Source of the DNA: an uncultured delta proteobacterium
GTDB lineage: Bacteria > Desulfobacterota > Binatia > Bin18
Length of the DNA stretch: 64,000 bases
Direction: 5' to 3'
Assembly: GCA_963733195.1 (NCBI GenBank)
Contig: CAVTCR010000074.1
Coordinates: forward strand, 32,001-96,000
Each line of letters begins with the position of its first letter. The first letter of the stretch is position 1. This document shows positions 50,445 to 59,423 of this stretch, piece after piece. The notes beneath the pieces are model-generated. The model was not told the DNA's origin, made no database searches, and was given only the letters and a program-made list of their open reading frames with translations. The position numbers and the translations under genes are program-made.

Positions 50445-51416
50445 ATGGATACTGATCACGTGTCGCTTAAACAGATGGTGACTGAGGAGTTGGTGCAATC
50501 GGCGCCTGCCGAAGTGGACGTGTTTGTCGAAGCCATACGGCAACGCTTCGGCACCGCAGTTGCAGCGATTCTCTTCTACGGTTCCTGCTTGCGTAAACGT
50601 ACCCTGGCAAGTGAAGTGGCCGACTTTTATGTCATTGTCGATTCGTATGAGACTGCCTATCCTTCTGCGTTCTTACGATCGCTGAATACACTCCTTCCTC
50701 CGAATGTGTTTTACCTGGAAAGAACACGTGGAGATCTTACACTCCGGGCGAAGTATGCGGTCATCTCGACAAAGGATTTTGCTTATGCTGCGTCACCGCG
50801 GTGCCTCCACTCGATCGTGTGGGGACGCTTCTGCCAACCTGCGCGACTGGTGTATAGCCGTGACGACGCTGCTCGGGATGTGGTTGTTGAAGCAGTGCGA
50901 CAGTCAGTGTTGACAATGGTTTCCCGGATTGCGCCGTTATTGCCAACGTCGGATGAAACCGGGCCGATTGCCTTGGAGGAGCTGTGGCAACGTGGGTTTC
51001 GCGAGAGCTACAGTATGGAGTTGCGACCCGAGATGCCTGGTACTATTCGTGCACTCTACGAGATCATGCCGTCGCGTTATCATCGCATAGCACATGTAGC
51101 ATTACAGGAACTTGCTCAGTATGGTTGGCTCTGGGTGCGGACCAGCGCGTCAGGCGGGTATGTGACCATCCCAAAGGTGCAACTGTGGCAAATTCGCACG
51201 AGTTGGCGATGGCGGCGTCCCCTTGCCAAGGGGTTGTATCTTCTGCGTCTGATCAAATCGGCAGTCACATTTGGTGACTGGTTTCCGTACGTATTATGGA
51301 AAATCGGTCGTCATCGCGGAGAAAAACTTGAAGCTAGCGAGCGCCAACGCCGTCATCCGTTTCTCTTTGGGGTTCCGGTGTTGCTCAAAATTTGGTTGGG
51401 GGGCGGTCTAAGATAA
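50445..51416 (+). CDS. CpgC-like protein (Tam41-like nucleotidyltransferase fold)
   Basis: LFYGSCLR, DFYVIVD, LPPNVFY, AKYAVIS, WGRFCQP, SY..ELRPE and KSAVTF. Confidence 0.75.
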   Translation: MDTDHVSLKQMVTEELVQSAPAEVDVFVEAIRQRFGTAVAAILFYGSCLRKRTLASEVADFYVIVDSYETAYPSAFLRSLNTLLPPNVFYLERTRGDLTLRAKYAVISTKDFAYAASPRCLHSIVWGRFCQPARLVYSRDDAARDVVVEAVRQSVLTMVSRIAPLLPTSDETGPIALEELWQRGFRESYSMELRPEMPGTIRALYEIMPSRYHRIAHVALQELAQYGWLWVRTSASGGYVTIPKVQLWQIRTSWRWRRPLAKGLYLLRLIKSAVTFGDWFPYVLWKIGRHRGEKLEASERQRRHPFLFGVPVLLKIWLGGGLR

Positions 51417-52479
51417 TTATGGTACTTGCGGATGCATATGTCGGTCTACGTATGAGTGTCCGTACAGCAGAGAGAATCCCTCGTTCTTCTGTGCGATGAT
51501 ACGGTGAGTCGGACGAAAGTTGAGTCAAAAGCTGGCGATGCGCCTTGCCGAGACTGTGATAAGGCAGTGTCGGCAAGAAGTGATGCAGTGCGTGGTAACG
51601 TAAACCGACTGGCGCAGCCAGGACGGTGAGAAACGGTGGCCCGGTTAGGTTCACCGAATCAAGCAGTTGCTCGACTGCGGTCAGTTGCCGTCCATCGTTT
51701 TCATAGCGGTGTGCAGCCAACGTTCGCACCTGATTGACGACAGCAATTCCTACCCCAACAATATACCACTGCCATAACCAAGAGAACGAAAAGGTTCCGT
51801 TCGACAGTGTAACGACTCCGGTCCAGAACAGGAGTGCGGTGGCCAATTCTTGTACGTACCAGCGGATACGTTCGTTTGCCCGTGGTAGTGAGCGTATATA
51901 GTGCAGATTGATCACTAACGATGAGGCATGGGCGATTAGCAGACGACGGAGCGACGGCAGGAAGAAAGAGAGCAGCCCTAGCACTCCCCAACGCAGGGCA
52001 AGTAAGACCGGGACAAAAATCATACTGACAACGAAACGGAGTACTTGAAAACCACTCCATTGCGTAATCGGAGCGTATTCTGGGTCTTGCGTTGTGGCGA
52101 ACGTGGCTTGCCGATGATGGTCACCGTGCGAGTCGTACATGACACTAGGAAGGAGAAACGGAGCGCCGACCAATATATTCCAAGCGAGTTCGAGTCCTGG
52201 TACTGCCTCACGCTTCAAATGCGACAGCTCATGAATAAAAATGGTTGCTCGGAGAAGCGCGACGACGGCAACCAACGTTGCAAGGATATGGATAAGCGAG
52301 AGAAACGAAGCTGTGGCTCCGACAACAAAAGCACCCCAGCCAATGAAGGCAGAAAGCAGGAGATCACACCAGTAAATCCACGGGATAGGAGGAAACGCAG
52401 TAACCAACTGACGGCGTAGATGGGTGAGGACAAGAAGTTCCTCGTCCTCTATAATCTGCTTATTTGAGTTTAGCTCCAT
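51385..52479 (-). CDS. Membrane fatty acid desaturase/hydroxylase (possible ceramide-modifying enzyme)
   Basis: HELSH, HGDHH and HALHH boxes; gaggaga RBS before ATG 52479. Confidence 0.85.
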   Translation of the reverse strand: MELNSNKQIIEDEELLVLTHLRRQLVTAFPPIPWIYWCDLLLSAFIGWGAFVVGATASFLSLIHILATLVAVVALLRATIFIHELSHLKREAVPGLELAWNILVGAPFLLPSVMYDSHGDHHRQATFATTQDPEYAPITQWSGFQVLRFVVSMIFVPVLLALRWGVLGLLSFFLPSLRRLLIAHASSLVINLHYIRSLPRANERIRWYVQELATALLFWTGVVTLSNGTFSFSWLWQWYIVGVGIAVVNQVRTLAAHRYENDGRQLTAVEQLLDSVNLTGPPFLTVLAAPVGLRYHALHHFLPTLPYHSLGKAHRQLLTQLSSDSPYHRTEERGILSAVRTLIRRPTYASASTIIILDRPPTKF

Positions 52480-52663
52480 TCTCCTCAAATAACGGGAAAA
52501 ATCGTTCGAACTCAAGGCCAAGCGTAAAATCATAGTAGGGGCATTTCGCCCCGTGTTAAGGCTAAAATTCCGCTTAGAGGCCTTATGCCCCTTGTAAAAC
52601 ATGGGAAGTCTGTTATCTACCGGCTTCAGTATTGTTGCAGGAATAATATTACTACGCACTTCT

Positions 52664-53686
52664 GTGGACACTTCAGAACCGCTTTCTCGTCCTGTAGTAC
52701 AGGGGGACCGTCGTGTTTTGGTGACGGGTGGCACCGGTTTCATTGGATCCCACTTTGTTGCGGCATTGACGGATCAAGGGGTCAAACCTCGAGTCCTTGT
52801 ACGATCTACCAGCGACATCACGCCATTAACCGCACTTGGCGTTGAGTGCATTGTTGGGGGGCTCGACGATCCAGATACGTTGATGCGAGCTGTGAGTGGT
52901 GTGGAGACGGTTGTTCATCTTGCTGCGGTGACTCGTGCGCGATCGGAAAAAGAGTATTTCTATGTGAACGCGGACGGAACAAAAAACTTGGTCAACGTAC
53001 TACGTACCGCACAATCTCGACCTCGGCGACTTGTCTATGTCAGCTCGCTAGCGGCAGGGGGGCCCTCTATAGATGGCATACCGGTTGACGTACAAGATGT
53101 GCCGCGGCCTATCACTTCATATGGACGAAGCAAACTAGCAGGGGAAGAGGCCTGCCTTGCCCTAGCTCATGAAATGGAAATGTTGATCTTGCGACCACCA
53201 GCTGTATATGGACCGGGAGACCGGGATCTATTTCGTTGCTTCCAGATGGCGACGCGTGGGATTCTTCCGGTGCCCACCGGCCCGGCCCGGTGGCTACAGT
53301 TCATCCATGTACATGATCTCATTAATGCTTTACTGTGTGCGGTAACGGCAGAGCAGGCGAGTGGAGTCTATCACGTAGCTGAAGCGCAACCGTATGCCTG
53401 GGGGCAAATTACCGACTGGCTCGCCCAGGCGGTAGGGCGACGAGTGCGAGCTGTGCATGTTCCTCCGTGGGGAATACGCGCTGCGGCGGCAGTGAGTGAA
53501 TTTGGTGCTGCCATGATCGGCCGTGCGACGATTTTTAACCGAGAGAAAGCAGAAGAACTGCTTGCTCCGGGTTGGTTATGTAAAACTGAAGCCGTGACGC
53601 GAGATCTCGGCTTTGAAGTCCGCATTCCACTGCCCCAAGGGTTGGTGGGAACCGCAAGTTGGTACCGGGAGCATGGATGGTTGTAG
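52664..53686 (+). CDS. NAD-dependent epimerase/dehydratase (putative ceramide/3-keto reductase)
   Basis: TGGTGFIG, HLAA, SSLAA, YGRSK and RPPAVYGP; directly upstream of SPT. Confidence 0.82.
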   Translation: MDTSEPLSRPVVQGDRRVLVTGGTGFIGSHFVAALTDQGVKPRVLVRSTSDITPLTALGVECIVGGLDDPDTLMRAVSGVETVVHLAAVTRARSEKEYFYVNADGTKNLVNVLRTAQSRPRRLVYVSSLAAGGPSIDGIPVDVQDVPRPITSYGRSKLAGEEACLALAHEMEMLILRPPAVYGPGDRDLFRCFQMATRGILPVPTGPARWLQFIHVHDLINALLCAVTAEQASGVYHVAEAQPYAWGQITDWLAQAVGRRVRAVHVPPWGIRAAAAVSEFGAAMIGRATIFNREKAEELLAPGWLCKTEAVTRDLGFEVRIPLPQGLVGTASWYREHGWL

Positions 53687-53785
53687 GTGAGGTGTGTGAG
53701 GGGGATGGCTGCATGAGGAAACTGCAGGAGGCTGCTCTGTTTTCCCAACGGACAGCTGCGGATGTTTACGGAGAGGGGGCAAGGA

Positions 53786-54967
53786 ATGAATCTTCTCGAT
53801 AAGTGTGTGCGCTTTACACGGGCTCGAGAGGCGCAGGCGGCGGGATTCTACCCGTTCTTTATTCCGATTGAATCGTCAGATGGTGCTGAAGTTCTCGTTC
53901 GTGGTGAACCCAAGATCATGATGGGTTCAAACAATTATCTTGGACTGACCCACCATCCAAAAGTCATTGCTGCGGCTGACGCGGCGTTAAAAAAATACGG
54001 GACAGGGTGTACTGGTAGTCGCTTCCTCAACGGAACGTTAGATTTGCACGAACAACTCGAAGATCGTCTGGCCCACTTCTTGGGCAAAGAAGCTGCGCTG
54101 GTCTTCAGTACCGGGTATCAAACAAACCTCGGTGTGGTCTCTTCTCTGGTGCATAAGGGAGACTATCTCTTTCTTGATAAGCTCAACCACGCCAGCCTCG
54201 TGGATAGTGCGCGTCTGGCGTATGGTACTGTATGTCGTTACCATCATAACGATATGCGGGCACTCACGCAGCAGTTAGCTCAAGCTCCTACGAACGCGGG
54301 AAAGTTGATCGTCACTGATGGTGTGTTCTCTATGGATGGCGACATTGTCAACCTGCCGGATATGGTTGCCCTGGCAGAGAACTATAATGCCGACATCCTC
54401 GTTGATGATGCACATGCGATCGGTGTCTTGGGAGAGCAGGGTGGAGGAACGGCGCAACACTTTGGCTTAGAAGATAAAGTGTCTCTCATTGTCGCAACCT
54501 TTTCTAAGTCGCTTGCTTCGATCGGTGGTGTCGTCGCTGGAGCGGAACCTGTCATTCATTACTTGAAACATCATGCGCGTGCGCTTATTTACAGTGCCAG
54601 TATGCCGCCGGCTTCGGTGGCAACGGTGTTGGCTGCACTGGATGTAATTGAGGAAGAACCAGAGCGGCGCGAAGCCCTGTGGCGCAACACACGTCGGATG
54701 CAAGATGGCCTCAAGAACCTGGGCTATGATATCGGCGAGAGCGAAACCCCGGTGATCCCGGTGTTGATCGGTGATCTGGCAGAGATGATCATGTTGTGGA
54801 AACGGATGTTCGACTCCGGCATCTTCACCAACCCGGTCATTCCCCCGGCGGTGCCAGAACACTCGTGTCGATTGCGCATTTCAATGATGGCGACACATAC
54901 TGATGAACAAATTGATTATGTGTTGGACGCTTTTGCCCAGCGGGTACGTCAACGCGCGGCAGTCTAG
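53786..54967 (+). CDS. spt: Serine palmitoyltransferase (alpha-oxoamine synthase family)
   Basis: GSNNYLGL, GCTGSRFLNGT, NHAS, DDAH, TFSKS (PLP lysine) and IYSAS; sits among ceramide synthesis genes. Confidence 0.82.
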   Translation: MNLLDKCVRFTRAREAQAAGFYPFFIPIESSDGAEVLVRGEPKIMMGSNNYLGLTHHPKVIAAADAALKKYGTGCTGSRFLNGTLDLHEQLEDRLAHFLGKEAALVFSTGYQTNLGVVSSLVHKGDYLFLDKLNHASLVDSARLAYGTVCRYHHNDMRALTQQLAQAPTNAGKLIVTDGVFSMDGDIVNLPDMVALAENYNADILVDDAHAIGVLGEQGGGTAQHFGLEDKVSLIVATFSKSLASIGGVVAGAEPVIHYLKHHARALIYSASMPPASVATVLAALDVIEEEPERREALWRNTRRMQDGLKNLGYDIGESETPVIPVLIGDLAEMIMLWKRMFDSGIFTNPVIPPAVPEHSCRLRISMMATHTDEQIDYVLDAFAQRVRQRAAV

Positions 54968-55013
54968 GCGCATCTGGTGGTATGGACTGAACAGCATTCG
55001 ACAGGGATAAAGC

Positions 55014-56157
55014 ATGCTAGCGACCGTGCGTGTTGTTCCTGTCCGAGATCATCGCGAGTTCCACCACTTCCTCAAGCTGCCGTGGCGGGTCTATCGTAAC
55101 GATCCATTCTGGGTCCCCCCACTCCTCTTCGACCAGAAACAACTGCTTAATCGTCGCAAACACCCGTTTCACCAACACGCAGAGGTCGAGTATTTTGTCG
55201 CCTGGCGTGGTGAGGAAGCAGTTGGTCGCATTGCTGCTATCGTCAATCACCAGTATGTGCAGTTTCACGAAGAAGCGACCGGATTTTTCGGTTTCTTTGA
55301 GAGCATCCATGATGTTAAGGTCGCGACCGCATTATTGGCAACGGCAGAACAGTGGGTAGCTGACCGTGGCATGCAGCAGATCCGTGGACCGATGAATTTT
55401 TCCACCAATGAAGAATGTGCCTTGCTCATTGATGGCTTTGATTCAGCACCAGCAGTGATGATGCCGTATAACCCCACGTATTATCCGCAGTTATTGGAGG
55501 GGAGTGGCTACGCCAAGGCAAAAGACCTTCTTGCCTATCTGGTCGACGGCACTGTACCGCCGCCGCCGCGTCTTGTGAACGGCGCAGAGCGACTGCTGCA
55601 ACGGCAGAATATCGTCATTCGTCCATTCAATCTGAAACGCTTCAAGCAAGAGGTCGAAAGTCTCACCGCCATTTATCAAAGCGCATGGGAGCGGAATTGG
55701 GGCTTTGTTCCCATGACACAGGCAGAGGTTGATAACTTTGCTGATCAGATGTGGTGGGTGGCTAATCCGAATCTGTGTTTGCTTGCGGAAATCGATGGTG
55801 AAGCAATTGGTTTCGCGCTCGCATTACCGGATTACAATCAGGTGTTGCGCCATATGAATGGCCGGCTCTTTCCCTTTGGGTTGTTCAAGTTTCTGTGGTA
55901 TAGGACGCAAAATTTCTACCGCACGGATATTGATCTTGGGGCTCAAGCCAGGCTTTCGTCGCCGAGGAATCGACGCGATGCTATACTTGCGCCTCTGGCA
56001 AGAAGCACCACGCAACGGCTATCCTGTTGTTGAGTGCTCATGGATTCTGGAAGACAACTGGGATATGCGTCGGGCACTCGAACGTATGGGGGGACGGCTG
56101 TACAAAACCTATCGCGTGTATGAGAAGGAACTGACAAGCAATGAGAATCGCGTGTGA
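55014..56157 (+). CDS. GNAT-fold bacterial ceramide synthase (bCerS/YghO-like), 1-nt slip near 55903
   Basis: DPFWVPPL, GRIAA, FGFFE, GPMNFSTN, MPYNP.YY, WERNWGF, GFRRRGID, SWILEDN and KTYRVY. Confidence 0.82.
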
Positions 56158-57737
56158 GTAGAACTCCGCTCCTTGCCGTTCTCCGCCAAGCGGCAGCTGT
56201 TGCGTTGCTTTGTGAGGAACACCAAGTCTCTCCTAGGGAAGGACTTGAGCGGGTAGCCGAGGCACGGTGGAACCGGCGACAGTTTTTGCGCCTGGCAACT
56301 GGAGCGGTGGTTGGGACGGCTCTTGGCGTGCCCGCGCTTCCCCAGCCTGTATCTGCCGGGAGTACCCCACGGATCATCATCGTTGGCGCTGGTGCTGCGG
56401 GTCTGACCTGTGCCTATCGTTTACAACAAGCCGGAGTGCCCGTGCAGGTGATCGAGAGCAGCAAACGAGTCGGGGGGCGTGTGTATTCGTTACGCGATAC
56501 CTTTCCTGATGGGCAGATCGCCGAGCTTGGCGGAGAATTTATCGATACTGGGCACCGTGCATTGCGACGGTTAGTGCAGGAACTGGGATTGTCGTTGGTC
56601 GATCTGGTTCTGGCCGACAGCAAACGCGAGCCAGTTTTTTTCTTTGGCAACCGCCGAGTTTTAATGCCTGAGGTCGTCGAGGCTTTTCGCCCGGTCGCCC
56701 GACGAATTCGTCAGGATATGACCCCCCTTCGCGGTGTCGTCCCAACCTATCAGCAACCTAATCGAGGGAGAGTGCTCGACCAGATGAGCATTACGGAATG
56801 GCTGGAGACACGGGGGGTAACTGGTGCGCTTCGCTCACTACTAGAGACTGCATATGTTGGTGAATTCGGCCTCGAAGCCGCTGAACAGAGTGCATTGAAT
56901 TTCCTTCTGATGATTAGCGCTCAGCCGGGGTCCTTTGAACTTTTCGGTGAGAGTGACGAGCGGTTCCACATCGTCGAAGGGAATGACAGGGTGCCAACGC
57001 GACTAGCAGAACGACTTGCACAGCCAGTGACACTTGAGACCCGCCTTGAAGCGATCCGCCGTCAGGCCAATGGTACGTATGTGTTGACCGTGAACCAGGC
57101 TGGCACAGTGCGTGATCTTGACGCGCATAAAGTAGTGCTGGCGATTCCGTTTAGCATACTGCGCCAGGTCGACCTTACAGGGGTAGAACTTCCTAAAGTG
57201 AAGCGGTTGGCGATTACGACGTTGGGCTACGGTACGCATACCAAGCTGATGACCGGATTCACGCGACGTGTATGGCACGACACAAACGAAAACGGGAGTT
57301 CGGTAACGGATTTACCGTATCAATCGTCTTGGGACACAAGCCGTGGGCAGCCCGGAACTCATGGCCTTCTGACCAATTTTGCTGGTGGCACTCGCGGTTT
57401 GGTTTTGGGCGAAGGCACCCCTAATGAACGAGCGACAGAATTCGCCGGACAATTGGACTACGTCTTTCCTGGAGTAAAAGAGGCGCATACCAAACTTACT
57501 GTGAGGTTTTCTTGGCCGAAGGCGCGCTCATTCCTTGGCAGTTATGCGTGTTACAAACCTGGACAGTATACGACGATTGCTGGCGTTGAAGGCGAGGCAG
57601 TCGATGGACTCCACTTTGCTGGTGAGCACACCAGCCTGGCCTTCCAAGGTTTTATGAACGGTGCAGTTGAATCCGGCGAACGTGCAGCGCGAGAGATTCT
57701 TGCCGGTCTTGGCAAACAGAAACAGCGAAACCCCTAG
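56154..57737 (+). CDS. Flavin monoamine oxidase family protein with twin-arginine motif
   Basis: NRRQFL plus h-region, GAGAAGL, RVGGR, ELGGEFID and FAGEHTS..QGFMNGAVESG. Confidence 0.88.
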   Translation: MSRTPLLAVLRQAAAVALLCEEHQVSPREGLERVAEARWNRRQFLRLATGAVVGTALGVPALPQPVSAGSTPRIIIVGAGAAGLTCAYRLQQAGVPVQVIESSKRVGGRVYSLRDTFPDGQIAELGGEFIDTGHRALRRLVQELGLSLVDLVLADSKREPVFFFGNRRVLMPEVVEAFRPVARRIRQDMTPLRGVVPTYQQPNRGRVLDQMSITEWLETRGVTGALRSLLETAYVGEFGLEAAEQSALNFLLMISAQPGSFELFGESDERFHIVEGNDRVPTRLAERLAQPVTLETRLEAIRRQANGTYVLTVNQAGTVRDLDAHKVVLAIPFSILRQVDLTGVELPKVKRLAITTLGYGTHTKLMTGFTRRVWHDTNENGSSVTDLPYQSSWDTSRGQPGTHGLLTNFAGGTRGLVLGEGTPNERATEFAGQLDYVFPGVKEAHTKLTVRFSWPKARSFLGSYACYKPGQYTTIAGVEGEAVDGLHFAGEHTSLAFQGFMNGAVESGERAAREILAGLGKQKQRNP

Positions 57738-57793
57738 CGACGACCGTTTGAACCCTGTTCCGATCCGAGAAAATGGTCTCAGTAACGCAATCC

Positions 57794-57824
57794 GAGATTG
57801 AAAATGAGAATGATTTTCAATCTC
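57794..57824. promoter_or_regulatory. Fur-like box upstream of the ferritin-like gene
   Basis: GAGATTGAAAAT-N7-ATTTTCAATCTC perfect inverted repeat; 57800-57818 matches GATAATGATAATCATTATC at 15/19. Confidence 0.75.
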
Positions 57825-57853
57825 ATTTTTCCTAATAAAATCAAATACTTAAC

Positions 57854-57882
57854 TTGACTCTAGTCGTGCCGATGCGTATGGT
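57854..57882 (+). promoter_or_regulatory. Sigma70-like promoter
   Basis: TTGACT-17 bp-TATGGT, about 45 bp before the ATG at 57929. Confidence 0.55.
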
Positions 57883-57928
57883 ACAGGAACGGCAGCGGTG
57901 AGAACGTTCACCGGAAAGGATGTGAGTT

Positions 57929-58387
57929 ATGGATACCAAGAAAGTGATTGCAGCATTGAACAAAGTTATCGCTCTCGAGCACACCGCGACCCTCCAATAT
58001 CAACAACATGCACTTTTAGTGAATGGCCTCTGGCGGAAAGTCTTCGCTGATTTCTTCGCTTCACAGGCGAAAAGCTCTCTCGAACATGCTGGGAAGTTCG
58101 GCCAGAAAGTCGTCGTGTTAGGAGGCGTTCCGACGGTGGAAGTCGGAACGGTGCATCAATCTATCGATCTCGAAGAAATGCTTCGCCAGAATCTTGATCT
58201 GGAAAAAGAAACAATGCAGGCTTATCACGAAGCCCATGCCTTCACCGAAGGTGACATCGCCCTGCGCACGATGCTGGAAGGTCAGATCGAATCCGAACAG
58301 CACGATATCGAAGAGCTGGAAATGTACCTCGGCATGATCAAAACCAAAGGGGTGGAACGCGAAGTCAGTATCCGACGAGTCAAATAG
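57929..58387 (+). CDS. Ferritin-like/bacterioferritin family protein
   Basis: LN..IALE..A..QY, EHA, LGGVP, DLE and ESEQHDIEE; four-helix bundle pattern. Confidence 0.82.
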   Translation: MDTKKVIAALNKVIALEHTATLQYQQHALLVNGLWRKVFADFFASQAKSSLEHAGKFGQKVVVLGGVPTVEVGTVHQSIDLEEMLRQNLDLEKETMQAYHEAHAFTEGDIALRTMLEGQIESEQHDIEELEMYLGMIKTKGVEREVSIRRVK

Positions 58388-58784
58388 TTTCTGTTGAACA
58401 GTGACTGGCGATTCTTTGTGTTGGAGTGACGGGCGGGGCCTTTGCGGTCTCGCCCGTTTTCTTTTTACGTGAAGAGCTACTCTTGTGGGCAGGGTGCGCG
58501 CGTGCAAGAGAAGCCCCGATCGGGAACGGAATCACTGTCCCTGATTGCTGAGCGCGCTGCTCCTGCCAGTGGCGCCGAGTTATACGAAGCGAGTCAAGCA
58601 AGGCTTGAGCTTCTTCGGTTGACAGTTGCAGCGACTGTTGCGGACACCACCCTAACCCTTCTCCCCAAGATAGTTGACGCAACTCAATCGTCGTTTTGGC
58701 CGTCGTTGTTTGGTCGAGGACGACCTCCAACAGCGTATCTTTTTTTGTGGAGGTTACAATCGTTGCCAGTACTGCTTTCGCCAT
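58380..58784 (-). CDS. Hypothetical protein
   Basis: gaggagg RBS; ELRQLSWGEGLGW core. The C-terminus overlaps the terminator and is uncertain. Confidence 0.6.
   Translation of the reverse strand: MAKAVLATIVTSTKKDTLLEVVLDQTTTAKTTIELRQLSWGEGLGWCPQQSLQLSTEEAQALLDSLRITRRHWQEQRAQQSGTVIPFPIGASLARAHPAHKSSSSRKKKTGETAKAPPVTPTQRIASHCSTETI
58429..58466 (+). terminator. Rho-independent terminator
   Basis: acgggcggggcc-tttgc-ggtctcgcccgt hairpin followed by a T-rich tract. Confidence 0.65.
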
Positions 58785-58798
58785 AATTCCTCCTCAGA

Positions 58799-59143
58799 TT
58801 ATGACAACGGCGTAAAAGCCGTAGCCCGTTGCCAGCCAGATGTCATCCATTGATGTCCGTCGGCGTCAAGGAGTAAGCCCTCAACGTTCTTCACTTGCTG
58901 TAACAGTGCAATCCCTTTTTTTTCTCCGAGCACGAGTAACGCTTTGCTGAGCGCTTCGGCTTGTGTAGCCGTCGGAGCGAGAATGCACGCCTGCAAATCT
59001 CGTTGGATCGGCTTGCCGCTACGTGGATCGATGATATGTCCGTAATGCTGGCCATTGATGATGAAGGGCTGTCCCATCGTGCCGGAAATCGACAGTGCTT
59101 GGTCACGCAGCGTAATCACCCCCGCAGGTTCTCCGTTTGGTTG
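58799..59143 (-). pseudogene. apbE: FAD:protein FMN transferase (ApbE), C-terminal third only
   Basis: ALSISG, YGHIIDPRSG and A..AEALSKAL.VLG; the N-terminal part is absent. Confidence 0.8.
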
Positions 59144-59176
59144 TTACCAAGGCAGCAATCTGTATTTTTCTGTCCA

Positions 59177-59383
59177 TTACGTTCCTTCATGCGGCAAGGG
59201 TTGCCACTGGAGGGTGACGCCATGCCATGAGGAGGCATCTCCCCAGGGAATGACGACAACTCGTTTGCAGCGCCGGCATTTCAGCTCCACGCCCTCTGCG
59301 CGTACGCGTGCGAGGAGATTGCCGCATAAACAGCGACTGTCTCGCGTGGATCGTACTGGGGGGGAAGGAGCCTGTTTATTCAT
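59177..59383 (-). CDS. Small Com-like zinc-ribbon protein
   Basis: RCLCGNLLAR...VELKCRRCKR pattern resembles Mu Com. Confidence 0.7.
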   Translation of the reverse strand: MNKQAPSPPVRSTRDSRCLCGNLLARVRAEGVELKCRRCKRVVVIPWGDASSWHGVTLQWQPLPHEGT

Positions 59384-59388
59384 TTAGG

Positions 59389-59423
59389 TGAAATTGAAAA
59401 TCATTTTCAATTTCAATTGTCAA
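59389..59423 (-). promoter_or_regulatory. Fur-like box overlapping a TTGACA promoter
   Basis: TGAAATTGAAAAT-C-ATTTTCAATTTCA 13-1-13 palindrome (59389-59415), immediately downstream of TTGACA (59423-59418) on the minus strand. Confidence 0.8.

Noticed and set aside
53786-54967. Annotation as BioF (8-amino-7-oxononanoate synthase) or Kbl
   Set aside because: There are no bio or tdh genes nearby, and GCTGSRFLNGT/TFSKS plus flanking bCerS- and reductase-like genes favour SPT. Phylogeny is still needed.
59177-59383. Mu-like prophage, suggested by the Com-like gene
   Set aside because: There are no mom, transposase or structural phage genes; the context is an iron-regulated operon.
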